Notes: generated by a model from the letters alone, not told the origin. Positions 10,175 to 23,779 are shown, counted from the stretch's first letter. The stretch: DNA of 64,000 nucleotides from Hemiscyllium ocellatum (GCF_020745735.1 NC_083416.1:57747131-57811130); one strand, 5' to 3'. Numbers and translations are program-made.

Positions 10175-12834
10175 ATATCAAGGACTGAAGGTGAACAATG
10201 GTAGGTATCGGCCCGTATAGAAATACCTTTGGTGATTTGAAGGTGTGTGAAGCATGTGGGATGAAAGAACAGGTTACTGCAAAAAGAATGTGAATGTTTG
10301 AGGGTTAACTAGCGCATTCAGGCTGAGACTGGAAATTACTGAAAGAGATGTGCTTGTTGTTGCCTTCCATGGAACTGGAAGTCAAAAGCTTGCAATGGGA
10401 ACAAAAATAGCTGTGACTACATTTGAAGTGGGCAGGGTAAGTGACTTGACCTGTGAAGGCAGGAGCTGCACTGAATATGAAAGATAGGGCTTTGAAAGAG
10501 AAGCAATGTGGTTCCAGGCCTACAAAAGATAGAACACACATGCACGCAGAATGCCTTCTCCCTGGCTGTCCTACAGCATTGGCTCTCTCTATATGTTGCA
10601 TCTCGCTGACACAGACACTGCTAGACAATGCTTTGAGAGCTACACCTTGTGTAGAGAGCAAACAAACATTTGGGTTATTGAATAAAGAGTGACAATGATG
10701 TCACCATGACCTAGTCATGTGTATGCATTGTTCTTCTGCTTCCAGATGGTGTAGTATGTTCTGAACAAATTGATCCATAGAGCCTCATCTGAGTCCATGA
10801 AGTGCAGTTCGATGGAGTGATAACATATTTATTGTTCACACAGAGAGACTCCCAACCACATATAAGTTAACAATGGGAACATTAATGCATAAACAGAGAG
10901 TAGTATACAAGCCATGTTCACTTATTCCACCAATGCATCCTCAATAGGTTTCTTCTTTCTGTCCCACCTACAATATCTTGGTTCAACTCCTTGCTTCTGT
11001 AGCTGGGGATGGAAGGAGTCAGCTTGAGTGGTGAGCCTGTAGGCCCTGAGGGTTTGGTCTAGGAGCTGTCCTCAGGGATACGTCTATCTGGATTGGATAG
11101 ACATGACAAGGGTCTTCTTGCCAGAGGCAGGATGATCTTCCTCGGCTTGAGGGCACCAAGTAGGGTGAAGCTGATGGATCCAGAAACCACTGCAATGTCC
11201 TGATTGGAAAGAATAGAAGGGCCTGTTTATGTGTGATTGCACATTTGACTGGGTGCCTCCTGGCTTTGCCATGTTTCCTTGTGAGGATGGGGCACTTGTT
11301 TTGACATCAAGGTTCCATACTCCCCACCACCTTCAGTCCTGAGGACCAATGGCTGGGGAAATGTATTGCACTTGTGTGCACATTTTCAGTAGTTTTGGAG
11401 TGTGGACACATTAGTTGTATGACTTACTGCACCATTGCAGTTTCTGGGCACTGAGGGCCACTGAATGCCACACTCCTTTCTGTCACTTCTTCCCCTATGC
11501 ATTTGAATGAAGTCATTGGTTGCTGATGCCACCGGGACAGCTCAATTGCCGGGTCTCCAGCAGTTTTCTGAGTGCTAGCAGCCTGGTTCAGTAGTGGGGC
11601 TGTCACTCCAAGATGCTGACCAGATTATGTATCCACACTCTATGTCCATATCTTTGTCTACAGTTTCCCATGAGGTGTCAACTTCAAGCTGGTTAGTGGG
11701 TGCAGGAGGCAGCTATGGTAATGCTTCCTCTGAGGCCTCTGTACTCACATCCCTCAGAGATCCAGGGGGCTCCTCCTGGAGGTGCTGGCTGCTTCTCACA
11801 GAAGTTTTGGAGAGGCTGGTGGAATTTGCAAATCAAAGGAGAGAGAAGACATCATGGCCAGTGTTAGCAGTGGTACGGTAAGATTCAGACTCTCAGCAGA
11901 GTCAATGGGAGTGGCATTCAGAGTGGTACTTCCCCATGTGGCAAGACGTGTAGTTTGGCATTCTGCAGGAGCGATCCTGGTCTTTTCCTGCTTGGGCCAA
12001 GGTTCTCTCCTCACAGGGTTTGAGGACGCAGATGTTGCATACCCTTATGCGCGTACAGGCTCTTCCTACACTTCTGTGGGCTGTCTTTCTATGTACTGCT
12101 AAAAATCAGGGGAATGAGGGAAGATTACATTTGATGGCATAGCTGTCAGTAGTGGTGCATGTGGGGGAAAAGGTGGTGAGATGTACCAAAGGCATGAAGA
12201 GGCTGAAAAAAAGAGTGTTGGGAGTTGAGGGGAGAGTGGGTGAAAGAAGATGTTGCAAGCAATAGGAAGAATGTTTGAGTCTGAGTCTTTGTGGGAAGTG
12301 GGTACCACAGCATTGATATACAGTGTTGGAGAGGAGTACGGCACTTATCAGGGCAGAACAGAAGATCACTGACCTTTTTTTTACATTATTGATCATTCCT
12401 TATAGCCTGGAGACAGTACTGACCCGGATGACTACCTTAGACCGGGCTGGCTGGCTCTCATGGCACAACCTGCTCTGCAAACCTCATGCACTCCTGGTGA
12501 TTTCTGCCAACAAGGAACAGCTCGAAGCATATGACCACCAAGTTATAAGAAATGTCCAAAGCTTGCACCTGGTTCAGTTAGCATCTCCTTTGGGTGGATA
12601 TGCTGACACCAATCTTTTTTGTTTACTGGTCTATGGGCTTACAATTATTAAGTGGTGAATTATTAACCACTACCAATTCTTCGACAGGGGAGACATGTAC
12701 TTGAGTAACAAGAAAGATTTTACCATCTACTCACCAAAATAACTTTATGTTAGGGTTACAACTGGTCAATTACATTGCGCTTGATAGGAGACATTGGTAT
12801 TTCCTCAGAGATACCAGGCTAACCTAAGTAATAT

Positions 12835-12998
12835 AAAACATGGAACAGCAGGTGCTGGAGATCTGAAACAAAAATAGAAACTGTTGGTCAAACTCATCAT
12901 TTCGGATACAGAGTCACCAGACACAAAACGCTAACTCTGCTTTTTGTTTCCCTCAAACACTGCAAGATGTGCTGAGTTTTACCAGCAATTTCTGTTTT
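12835..12998. mobile_element. 164-bp fold-back PLE-terminus insertion
   Basis: Inverted PLE 3'-terminal sequence. TSD AACCTAAGTAATAT (12821-12834) / AACTTAAGTAATAT (12999-13012). Decayed HHR at about 12902-12935. Confidence 0.7.
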
Positions 12999-14339
12999 AA
13001 CTTAAGTAATATGTCTATGAACAGCAATGGCAAGACTAATAGACTACAACAACAGACTAAGACAGATTAGCACCTCTCAGAGACTGTGACCAAAATTATC
13101 TTCGGTCAAACTACTCAAAAGCTTCAGGGTTAACCCTTCCAAGTCAACTGTCTGATACAACATGACTTAGACTCTATGCTTACAAGAAAAGACTATGGCC
13201 AGATTGTCAAGACCCAACTGGGGATAGAGATGGGGAAGGGGGTTGGCTGGAACTGGGATAATTCAGAACAGGAGCTGGGGCTGGGATTATTTGAAGTAAA
13301 TGTTTTCCAGTGATGGCCAATTATTCCTTTTTTTTATCAGGTGGACTAACAGCTGAGTCTTCCAGTTCTTATCCAAGAAATACAATACAACGTTATTCCA
13401 GAAGGAAACATGATGCGACACTCAGGGCAATCAGTTCAACTACAGCATGATCCCAGGATTTCAGGGTGATTGAGAAACCTGGGTTTTCAGCTATTTGTTT
13501 CAATTAACGCCCCAATGGAAAGCCATTAATCAATGATAATTGAACCTTCTGAACATCAGAGAGCTCCTCACCCCTTGCCTCAGGCACGCCCTCCCCCCTC
13601 ACAGAGGTTCTCTGCTTGGAGGCAGATTCCTATTGGTCAGTATGAGAGCCACCAGATCCTCTTCCCAAACCTGGAATGACAAAGTTGCAAGGATTTGATC
13701 ATGTCTGAGGAGGAGCTTTCCCTCCACTCTATTGTTGTAACCCTAACCTGAACTCTACATTATCCTCCTAATTGTTGCAATATTGGATTTCACAATATTA
13801 TCTGTCATACTATGGTCGATGCCACAGATATCGGTCAATAAAAATATTGTTTAGTTTAGTTTCCGTTGGCATGTTACGAGCTGGTTGAACTTGGCACTGG
13901 GATTGTCATTGTGGCAAATGACAGCTGATGCAGAGTTGATGAGACTGAATCTTTTCAATGAGCTGATAATAAAGTTAACCAATAGTTACATAATACAAAC
14001 TATTACCCTTTGACCATTCACTGGTTAAAATTTAACCTGTTATTCAGCTGAGTATGTTAAACTGATTAATGATGAGCATTGAGTAAATGCGTTGAGGTGA
14101 AAGCAGAGAAAATGCTTATTTATAAATGTTCTCAACAAGATATAATTAACAAGGAATGTGAAGGATTAGAAGTAAGAGAAATAAGAAATGCCAAAAGAGA
14201 GAGCACAGTAAAACGGGCAGTAGGATAAACTGGGACAAAAGTAGGTTCAATAAGGAAAATGTTTGCTAAGAGAACATGAAGGCCTCACAATCACTTCCCA
14301 GAGTGAATGATATTTCTCTATCAAAACATTATATTAACT

Positions 14340-15170
14340 TGAAAATCTCAATAAAGTCTTCTTTTAACCTTTTAATTATTCAAATCCCATTCTAACTGAA
14401 GTCCCTGATCCCTGGTAACATCTTTGTAATTCTCCTCTGCACACTTCTGAATACCTTCACATCTTTCCACAATGCAGTGTCCAGAATTGTCCACGATACT
14501 CAGGCACTGGCTTGAAGAGGAATTCATGTCTTTTTACCTTTTGTTCTCACAATTTCCAATACTTCCTAGTATTATACAATTTACAAACTTCAAAATTGTC
14601 TCTTCCACACCAAGATCTAAACCGTTAATATATATGTATATGAGGAAAAGCAAGAGTCCCAATACTGACCTTGGGGGAACTTGACTGAAAACCTTCCTTC
14701 AGCCTGAAAAATACACATTAGCCATTACTCTGTTATCTATCCCTGAGCCAACTTCATCCCTTTTATTCCATGACCTATAACTTTTCTTCATCTGGTTATG
14801 GGGTTTTTGGAATTCCATGTACGCCACATTAACAGCAGTCCTTCAGTTCTCATCATTTCCTCCTAAAAAAATTCCAGGAAATTAGTTAGACATAATTTTA
14901 TTTTAACAAATCCATGCTGACTCTTCTGAAATATTCCTTCTTTTCCATGTGATTATAATTTTATTCATCCTTATTGTTTCAGGATGTTCCCTCACCGCCA
15001 GTGATAAGCTGAATGATGTAGAGCTGCCAGGCCTAAGTTCCATGCCTTTTCTGAACAAGGGTATAGTGTTTGCAATTCTCCTGTTTGTCACCACTACCCT
15101 TGAATCTATGGAAGACTGAAAAATTATGGCCAGTGCCCATACAATTTCCACACTCACTTCCTTCACACTC
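14340..15170 (-). mobile_element. Decayed CR1 LINE RT fragment
   Basis: Antisense IIFQSSIDS...IANTIPLFRKG and VPQGSVLG-like segments. Confidence 0.65.
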
Positions 15171-15224
15171 CTGACTTGTGCCAGGACAGGCTTTGGGGAG
15201 TCAGCAGGTGAGTTACTCAGCAAA

Positions 15225-15975
15225 GACGTCCTAATATCTGATCAACTCTTGTAGCCAGAGTTGATTCATATGGTTGATCCTATCAATTTCTAGTTAATGG
15301 TAACTCCCTGAATGTTGATACTAGTGGATTCAGTGTTGTTATTGCCATTGAACATGAAGAAGTAATGATTAAATCCTCTGTTGTTGGAGATGATGATTGC
15401 TTGGCATTTTTGTGTCATGAATGTTACGTGCCATGTAGTTTTGCCCATGTCTTACTATATTCAGACATGAGTTGAAAAGTGTGACACTGGAAAAGAAATT
15501 CCTGATGAAGGGCTTTTGCCCGAAACATCGATTTTTCTGCACCTCGGATGCTGCCTGAACTGCTGTGTTTTTCCAGCACCACTCTAATCTAGAAACTGGA
15601 AAAGGACAGCAGGTCAGGCAGCATCCAAGGAGCAGGAGATGCCTGATCAGGATCAGGAATTCCTGATGAAAGGCTTATGCCCGAAATGTCAATTCTCCTG
15701 TTCCTGCTTTTCCAGTGCAACACTTTTCAACTTTGATCTCCAGCATCTGCAGTCCGTACTTTTATGTGCTACTTGATAGCACAGTTGATAACACCTTCAA
15801 TCATTTTACTGAAGACCAAGTTTAGACTGATGGCAGTAATTGGCTAGATTGGATTTGTCCTGCTTTTTATGTCCAGGACATGTCTAGGCAATTTTTCACA
15901 TTGTTGGGTCAATGTCAGCATTGTAACTGTACTGGAAGAGCTTGACTACAAGACAGTGTTCACATACTTTGCCTG
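15225..15975 (-). mobile_element. Old LINE fragment (CR1/L2-clade) hosting the PLE-terminus cluster
   Basis: Similar to the antisense LINE at 22440-23165; interrupted at 15471-15763. Confidence 0.5.
15471..15763. mobile_element. Nested Neptune-type PLE termini: fold-back outer unit with a 99-bp HHR unit inserted in it
   Basis: Outer inverted repeat 15471-15495 / 15707-15731. Inner unit 15496-15594 flanked by 10-bp TSD ACTGGAAAAG (15486-15495, 15595-15604). HHR cores at 15502 and 15663. Confidence 0.75.
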
Positions 15976-17912
15976 ACTGCATTAGTTGTCCATGCTTTGC
16001 CACTGTAAAGGAGGTACTGAGAACACATGTCTGGCACACACTGTTGCTTTGTGTTTTTCGTTAGTTTGCTGTTAGATCCCATTCACCTTCTCAGCATTGA
16101 AATGGCAGCCTTGAACTTTGGCAATTCTGATACTAAATACTGCATCAATGGACAGGTTTTTGGAAATTGTTAATCTATGGATGTAAAGCTGTTATCAACC
16201 TCAAGAATGAAGTTGTCAATTTTGTTGGAAGGCGAGGACTATGGACTGAATATCACTGTCAGGTGCAAACACCTTGCATGCCTGAAACAAACAATTATAA
16301 GCTGTTCCAAATGAACCTTAGCTTAACAGTGCACTATGAACAATAGAGGAAAACTCACAAACTTGGACTTTAGACACTTTGTGTGCAGACTTTCCAAGTT
16401 GGACAGTTTGCTATTAGATTTGGCATGAGGACAAAACCTGTCATTTGAATTGCTGGAAGACTTCACTAGCGGCAAATAGAAGGGATTATCCTGATATTAT
16501 TACATTGTTCTGGGTTTCACCATAAGAAAGGCTGATGAGCAAACCCTACTGAGAAATTAGAAAAGAGAAAGACACTCTTGAAATGAATTGATTGAGAGGC
16601 TCCAATGATAATTGTATGATCATAGTTAAGATTTTCCTCTCCTAAATAAATTGTAAATACTTTTTCAAATGTTTTCAACAATAATTTTTCCTGTCTCATG
16701 GATGAGTAGTAGAGGTAAATTGAATTAATTCTGTACTCTGCTGCCCTAACAGAGGCTGTTTTAAATTATTTTTCCCTCTCTCAAAATAGCTTTTCCCAAC
16801 ACTATGTGTGCAGTCCAATTTAAAAATAATTCACAGCAAAGTGCCAAAAGTAAATGGGATTTATTCCTGCAATGCAATAATGCAAAAGAGACTTGTTTGC
16901 AACTGTTTTGTGCATGTATATCCAAGAAAGAAAAAGAAAGGTAAAGAAACAAGCTTAAAATTACTTAGATCAAAAATATTAGAATTAGTTCAGGTGAATT
17001 AAGAGTTCGATAAGTCAATATCTAGTGGAGGTTGTTTCAGGTGGACAGAAGTCTACTTCCAGAAAAAGAGTAGAATTGACTGCTGATGAAAATGTAGTAA
17101 TTTTAAGCTGGGACTGGTTCATTTTTTAGACAGAAACAGATTGATCTTGAAAAATCAAACCTTTGTGTAAATTCAGCCACAGGCATGAGCTAGAATAGCT
17201 TCTGGTGTTCCAAGCAGACTGATGAAAGAAGTGAAATTTGAATGATTATAGGTGATTCAAATAAGCCTGCAAATTCAGATGTCCAGCTTAGTCACTCAGC
17301 TAATGTTCTGTCTCAGCTTTGATGAGCCAACCAAAACCTATTGTGATTTGTGGCAGGCAATTGTGAAGTAATCAGCACCAAGTCAAGCAGTGATGATGGC
17401 CTTTGATGGTCTTCTTTTTCCAGAATACACTCAGGTAGACATCTTATCTACTATACCTTTGTGCTGGTATCCTAAAATGCAAGGACCGTGACTTGCTTGT
17501 GAGAATCATGTAGTATTTTGTCCTCTGATTGATGCTGGTCAGAACATGTTATCAGTTGAGCACAGTGTCTATCTTTAACAAATCGGATTTCCACAAAATA
17601 CTGTTGTTTCGTAAAAGAAATCTAGAATGACCCAATGCCTGCCCTTTTGGCATTACAACAGATAAATGCAACTAAAGTGCAGTCTAATTGGCAAGGTTCA
17701 ATGGCCGAACAACATTATTTGAGCAACAGTGCTAACCTGGAACATTATTTTAATCCTAGAAAAGTGCGAAGTGCAATGTATGATATTGTTACCTGTGCAA
17801 TAATCTATAGTTTGATGTCATTAGAGATCAAAAGGTTTTGGCTTCCATTAAATTGGTTCCAAAATGTGAACTGATTCCTGATCAGATCATGAGATTGGTC
17901 TGCAATAAAAGC

Positions 17913-19632
17913 AGAGCTGAAAATGTGTTACTGGAAAAGCGCAGCAGGTCAGGCAGCATCCAAGGAGCAGGATAATCAACTTTTCGGGCATGAGCCCTTC
18001 TTCAGGAATGAGGAGAGTTGCCAAGCAGGCTAAGATAAAAGGTAGAGAGGAGGGACTTGAGGGAGGGGTGTTGGAAGTGCGATAGGTGGAAGGAGGTTAA
18101 GGTGAGGGTGATAGACCAGAGTGGGGGTGGGGGGCGGAGAGGTCAGGAAGAAGATTGCAGGTTAGGAAGGTGGTGCTGAGTTCGAGGGTTGGGACTGAAA
18201 CAAGGTGGGGGTAGGGGAAATGAGGAAACTGGAGAAATCTGAGTTCATCCCTTGTGGTTGGAGGGTTCCTAGGCGGAAGATGAGGCGGTCTTCCTCCAGC
18301 TGTCGTGTTGCTATGGTCTGGCGATGGAGGAGTCCAAGGACCTGCATGTCCTTGGTGGAGTGGAAGGGTGAGTTGAAGGGTTGAGTCACGGGGTGATTGG
18401 GTGGTTGGTCAGGGTGTCCCAGAGGCGTTCTCTGAAATGTTCCGCAAGTAGGCGGCCTGTCTCCCCAATATAGAGGAGGCCACATCCGGTGCAGCGGATG
18501 CAGTAATTGATGTGTGTGGAGGTGCAGGTGAATTTCTGATGGATATGGAAGGATCCCTTGGGGCCTTGGATGGAAGTAAGGGGAGAGGTGTGGGTGCAAG
18601 TTTTGCATTTCTTGCGGTTGCAGGGGAAGGTACCGGGAGTGGAGGTTGGGTTGGTGGGGGGTGTGGACCTGACGAGGGAGTCACAGAGGGAGTGGTCTTT
18701 TCGAAATGCTGATAGGGGAGGGGATGGAAATATATCCCTGGTGGTGGGGTCCGTTTGGAGGTTGCGGAAATGATGATGGATGATATGATGAATATGGAGG
18801 TTGGTGGGGTGGTAGGTGAGGACCAGTGGGGTTCTGTCCTGGTGGCAATTGGAGGGTGGGGCTCAAGGGCGGTGGAGTGGGAAGTGGAGGAGATGTGGTG
18901 GAGAGCATCGTCGATCACGTCTGGGGAGAAATTGCGGTCTTTGAAGAAGCAGGCCATCTGGGTTGTTCGGTATTGGAACTGGTCCTCCTGGGATCCTTCC
19001 ATATCCGCCACAAGATCACCTGCACCTCCACACACATCATTTACTGCATCCGCTGCACTCGATGTGGCATCCTCTATATTGGAGAGACAGGCCGCCTACT
19101 TGCGGAACGGTTTCACAGAACACCTCTGGGACACCCGGACCAACCAACCCAACCATCCTGTGGCTCAACACTTCAGCTCCCCCTCCCACTCCACCAAGGA
19201 CATGCAGGTCCTTGGACTCCTCCATCGCCAGACCATAGCAACACGACGACTGGAGGAAGAGCGCTCATCTTCCGCCTAGGAACCCTCCAACCACAAGGGA
19301 TGAACTCAGATTTCTCCAGTTCCCTCATTTCCCCTCCCCCCACCTTGTCTCAGTCAAATCCCTCGAACTCAGCACCGCCTTCCTAACCTGCAATCTTCTT
19401 CCTGACCTCTACGCCCCCACCCCCACTCCGGCCTATCACCCTCACCTTGACCTCCTTCCACCTATTGCATTTCCAAATGCCCCTCCCCCAAGTCCCTCCT
19501 CCCAACCTTTTATCTTAGCCTGCTGGACACACTTTCCTCATTCCTGAAGAAGGGCTCATGCCCGAAACATCAATTCTCTTGCTCCTTGGATGCTGTCTGA
19601 CCTGCTGCGCTGTTCCAGCAACACATTTTCAG
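17913..19632. mobile_element. Fold-back Neptune-type PLE (Cys-rich linker plus GIY-YIG, decayed)
   Basis: Minus arm 17913-18989 encodes TPGTFPCNRKKCKTC; plus arm 18990-19632 encodes TCTSTHIIYCIRCTRCGILYIGETGR. 17917-18557 mirrors 18990-19632. HHRs at 17974-18010 (-) and 19540-19575 (+). Confidence 0.9.
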
Positions 19633-20368
19633 TACTCAATGAATGGCAGGACTCTAGGAAGCTCAGAGGAACAGAAGGATCTTGGATGCTTGTGCACAGA
19701 TTTCTGAAGATGATAGGACAGTTTAATAGGGTAGTTAAGGGGCTATATACTTGCCTTTCTCAGTTGTGGTAAAGATTAAGAGATCAGGGAGGTCATGATG
19801 GAGCTGCACAGAACTTCGATTCGGTCTTTGTTGCAGTACTGCGTGCTGTTCAGGGTACCAGAAAATAGGAAGGATGGGATTGCAGTGGAAGGGGTGCAGA
19901 GGTGATTCACCAGGGGGTTGCCTGTGGTGGAACATTTCAGCTATGAAGAGAGGCTGCACAAGCTCTTGTTGTTTTCTTTGGAACAGAGAAAGTTGAAGGG
20001 GAACCTGATAGAAGTGTATAAGATTATGAGGAGCATGTACGGGTGAACAAAAAGCAGCTATTTCCCTTAATCACAGAATTAATAACAAGTGTACACAATT
20101 TTACAGTGAAAGGTAGGAGAGTTAGAGGGGATTTTGATGAAAACCGTTTTCACCTAGAGGGCAGTGCAGGTCTGGAACGCACTTCTTAAGAGGATATTTG
20201 GGGTGGGAAGTTTCACAACCTTTAAAACTTGCTCAGAAGGGCACTTGAAGTGTCATAACATTCAAGCTTTGGTCCTTTTGTGAGAAAGTGTAGGTAGCAG
20301 TATACTTTTGGCGGTACAGACTAAATAGACTTAAGCACCTCTTCCGTACTGTATCATTCTAAGATTCT
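19631..20368 (+). mobile_element. CR1 LINE 3' fragment, decayed
   Basis: Similar to CR1 ORF2 C-terminus and 3' UTR; ATTCTA-like tail. Confidence 0.7.
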
Positions 20369-20394
20369 ATGTTATGGGGTAAGCTGCTTAGGAC

Positions 20395-20607
20395 TGAGAT
20401 AAGGATAAACGTCTTCACCCAGACAGTGTTGAGACTGTGTAATTCCCTGCTACAGAAAGAGCTGAGGCCGAAACAGTGAATGTTTTCAAGGATATACTTC
20501 TTAGGGCACAAGGGATTAAAAGGATACAGAGTTCGATGATCAGTCATGATCATATTGAATGGTGGAGCAGGTTTGAATGGCTGAATGGCCTAGCTCTATG
20601 CCTATTT
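20395..20607 (+). mobile_element. CR1 LINE 3' end fragment
   Basis: TTCACCCAGA...ATCAGTCATGATCATATTGAATGGTGGAGCAGG...GAATGGCCTA, matching the 3' UTR near 9945-10000. Confidence 0.65.
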
Positions 20608-21885
20608 TACAGATTCTGCTGCTTTTACACACCTTGTTGATGGCTGGACTACCTCCAATAGGCTTAGGATCCAATCCAATCAAACAAGCTAGATTTCAAG
20701 GAAAATTGACATCAAAACCAGAGCAGTTACCTGGTAAATTCGGCTCATTGCAGCTTCAAATTCCAGGTTGTAGACTGTGAGAAGAACAAAACTTTGCCTG
20801 AGACCTCTAAGACACATGCAATAGATACTCTGATCTGGAGATGATAATAATTCATAAACATGCAAATGTTAGGCTAACCAATTAGATAAGAAATAATGAC
20901 CACATTAGAATTGGAAGAAATACATGCTCAAACCTCAGACACTAACCTCTGTTTCCCTCCTCATTATGCCCTAAAAATGAATAGACAGATAGGAGTGATA
21001 ATTGAGAACAAAACACCCTCTGAATTTGAAATAATCTTGTATGCAGTAATGGGAAGGAAGGACAGAATAGCAGGATGTGACTAATGCTTTCCCATATAAA
21101 TTGTCTTGAACCGCAAATGTTTGCTGTATTCAATAATGGTTTAGAGAATGGGATAGAAAGCCAGGTATCTAAATTTGCTAATGTCACAAGTGTAGGTGGT
21201 TATGTAATCATTAGAGATAGAGTTGGGAAATTATGGACATTTATGGAGTTGGATTACTTTGTTACTCCAGTTTAACACCATTTAGCAAATACTTTGATCT
21301 CTCTCTCTCATAGAAATGAAATGGGTGATCTCACACTGCCCCACACAGAGTTCCATGTGGCACATCTTTTTCACTCTCTTTATCTATTAATGTACCTTTA
21401 CAACTTCCTGTTTCAAATTACTCTTCTTACTGTGCCATTGAAACTAGCATCAGAAGTCAATTTGGACATTTAGCTGTCGATTACATCTGAATATTAAAGG
21501 GCTATGCCACTAAAACTTACCTATGAATTGAATAAATGTGTGAACTTAAGAATTCCTTGAGACCTAATACTAATATTATTTCAACTGGCATCTTATTCCT
21601 CAAATTTATATTAGCAACCTTTTTACATAAATTGCAACTTTGCACATCCATTAGGGCAAGTTAGCTCAGTTAGCTAGACAGCTAGCATGTGATTCAGTAT
21701 TACATCCAGTTCTGAATGTTACACTTTAGGAAACATATGATAGCATTAGAGAGAGTGCAAAACGATTCACAAGGTTGGTTTAGGTAATTGGGAACTTCAA
21801 CTGCTTACATTGATTCAAGTAGCTGGAACGGTTTTCCTGAAGGGAAGTAGTTTAAGAGAAAGTTAATAGAGATATTCAATTGTGT

Positions 21886-22160
21886 GGGCGGTACGGTGGC
21901 ACAGTGATTAGCACTGCTGCCTCACAGCGCCAGAGACCCGGGTTCATTTCCCGCCTCAGGCGACTGACTTTGTGGAGTTTGCACATTCTCCCCATGTCTG
22001 CGTGGGTTTCCTCCCACAGTCCAAAGATGTGCAGGTCAGGTGAATTGGCTATGCTAAATTACCCATAGTGTTAGGTAAAGGGGTATGGGTGGGTGATGGG
22101 TCGGTATGGACTTGTTGGGCCGAAGGGCCTGTTTCCACACTGTAAGTAATCTAATCTAAT
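21886..22160 (+). mobile_element. HE1-type SINE
   Basis: Head GGGCGGTACGGTGGCACAGTG (A box) and GGTTCATTTCC (B box); central TGTGGAGTTTGCACATTCTCCCC domain; tail TTGGGCCGAAGGGCCTGTTTCC then (TAATC)n. Confidence 0.9.
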
Positions 22161-22439
22161 GAGAAATCTGAACAGAAAAGATAAGAAATCCTGTTCCAGC
22201 TGGCGATGGGGCAGAATTAGGGTAGTTGGCAAATTTAGCAAGTAAACATAACGGGAAACATTTTCATACTGCAAATAGTCATACATTGATTGAAAATGAG
22301 GTCGAGGCTAGTTGAATCAAGATAAAATTTGTTAATTTGCTGAAAAGGAGGGATGGGAAGGGTTATAGGAATAAGATGGGGGAATAATGCAATGTGCACT
22401 GTTCATTCAGACAGCTGGCACAGACATGGATTTGAAATC

Positions 22440-23165
22440 AGTTTGGTGTGTTGCTTGGAGGGGAACTTGCAGGTGGTGGTGTTCCTATGTACCTGATGCC
22501 CTTGTCCTTTTAGATGGTAGTGGTCATGGGTTTGGAAGGTGAAGGTCACTGTTTATCTGATATACATACCATGTATCTCTTAAATACTCCTAGTCCCCAG
22601 TATTGTCTAAGGACCTTTGGTGAATTTCTGCAGTGCATCTTGTAGGTAGTGCACGCTGCTGTTGCTGCTGCTGCTGAGGGTTGGTGGATGTGATGACAAT
22701 CAAATGGGCTGCTTTGTCTTGGATGATGTAAGTTTCTTGAGTATTGTTGGAGCTGCACCCATCCAGGCAAGTAAGGAGTATTCCATCACACTCTTGACTT
22801 CTGCCTTGTAGATGGTAAAAAGCTTTGGCAAGTCAGGAGGTGAGTTGCTCAGAAGTATTCCAAGCTTCTGACCTGCTCTTGAATCCACTGTGTTTATGTG
22901 ACAAGTCCACTTGAGTTTCCGGTCAAAGGTAACAGTATGTTTACAGTGGGGTATTCAGTGATGGTGTAATACCAATGAATGTCAAGAGATGGTGGTTGTA
23001 TTGCCTCTTATTAGAGATGGTCATTACTTGGCATTTGTGAAGTGCAAATGTTACCTATCACCTGAAGTCTGGATATTGTGGACATGGGCTGCTTCAATAT
23101 CTGAGGAGTCATGAATGGTGCTGAACATTGTGCAATCATCAGCGAATATCCCTACTTCTGACATG
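22440..23165 (-). mobile_element. LINE 3' ORF fragment (CR1/L2-clade)
   Basis: Antisense LFTIYKAEVKSVMEYSLLAWMGAAPT; same family as the plus-strand ends at 43385-43640 and 6220-6350. Confidence 0.7.
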
Positions 23166-23212
23166 ATTCTATTGTTCTGTTTGTTTCCCATTCTATCTGA
23201 AGTATGTTTGGA

Positions 23213-23306
23213 GTAAAATGTGAGGTCTGCAGATGCTGGAGATCAGAGTTGAAAATGTGTTGCTGGTTAAAGCACAGCAGGTTAGGCAGCATCCAAGGAA
23301 CAGGAA
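23213..23306 (-). mobile_element. 94-bp Neptune-type PLE terminal fragment
   Basis: Reverse-complement similarity to 5835-5928. TSD-like flanks GAAGTATGTTTGGA (23199-23212) / GAAGCATGTTGGA (23304-23316). Confidence 0.7.
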
Positions 23307-23779
23307 GCATGTTGGAACCTATCTCCTTGTCCTGCTTCTATGGGTGGAATGTAATTGAAAGCCATCACTGATAAAAACTGCCAATGAATCAAAAATCTGC
23401 CTTCAGGCAGAGTGTAAACAAGTGAAGGAGATCCTCATAACAACTTCATTACATACAATTATCAATCACATTCTCCAGTCACATCATCATAGATTCAACA
23501 CTTACACCTTCAAACAATTGCAATCCTGAGATCGACAAGCAAAATATAATGTCATCATTAATGATTTACAATTCAAAATCAAACTTTGACTACAGGCATA
23601 TTTTAAGATCTTGGTCATATTCAAAAAGGCACTATAAATGTTGCTTTATAATTAGTATATACGTGCAATCCCAACATGTTCACAGAAAACGATGGATAAA
23701 ATTGTCTTCTTTTCATCAGAATTCTCATCAATGTTATCATTATCCATAAATATTTGATGTCATTTATAAATCAATTAGA

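Noticed and set aside
10700-13160. Possible decayed Gypsy element on the minus strand (PBS-like TGGTGTCAGC near 12602-12611)
   Set aside because: Could not find paired LTRs, a TSD or convincing gag/pol motifs by eye.
16339-16470. Open minus-strand segment ending at a GTGAGT donor
   Set aside because: Weak acceptor, no recognisable homology and no partner exons.
21886-21960. tRNA gene
   Set aside because: The A/B boxes belong to the tRNA-derived head of an HE1 SINE; there is no complete cloverleaf.
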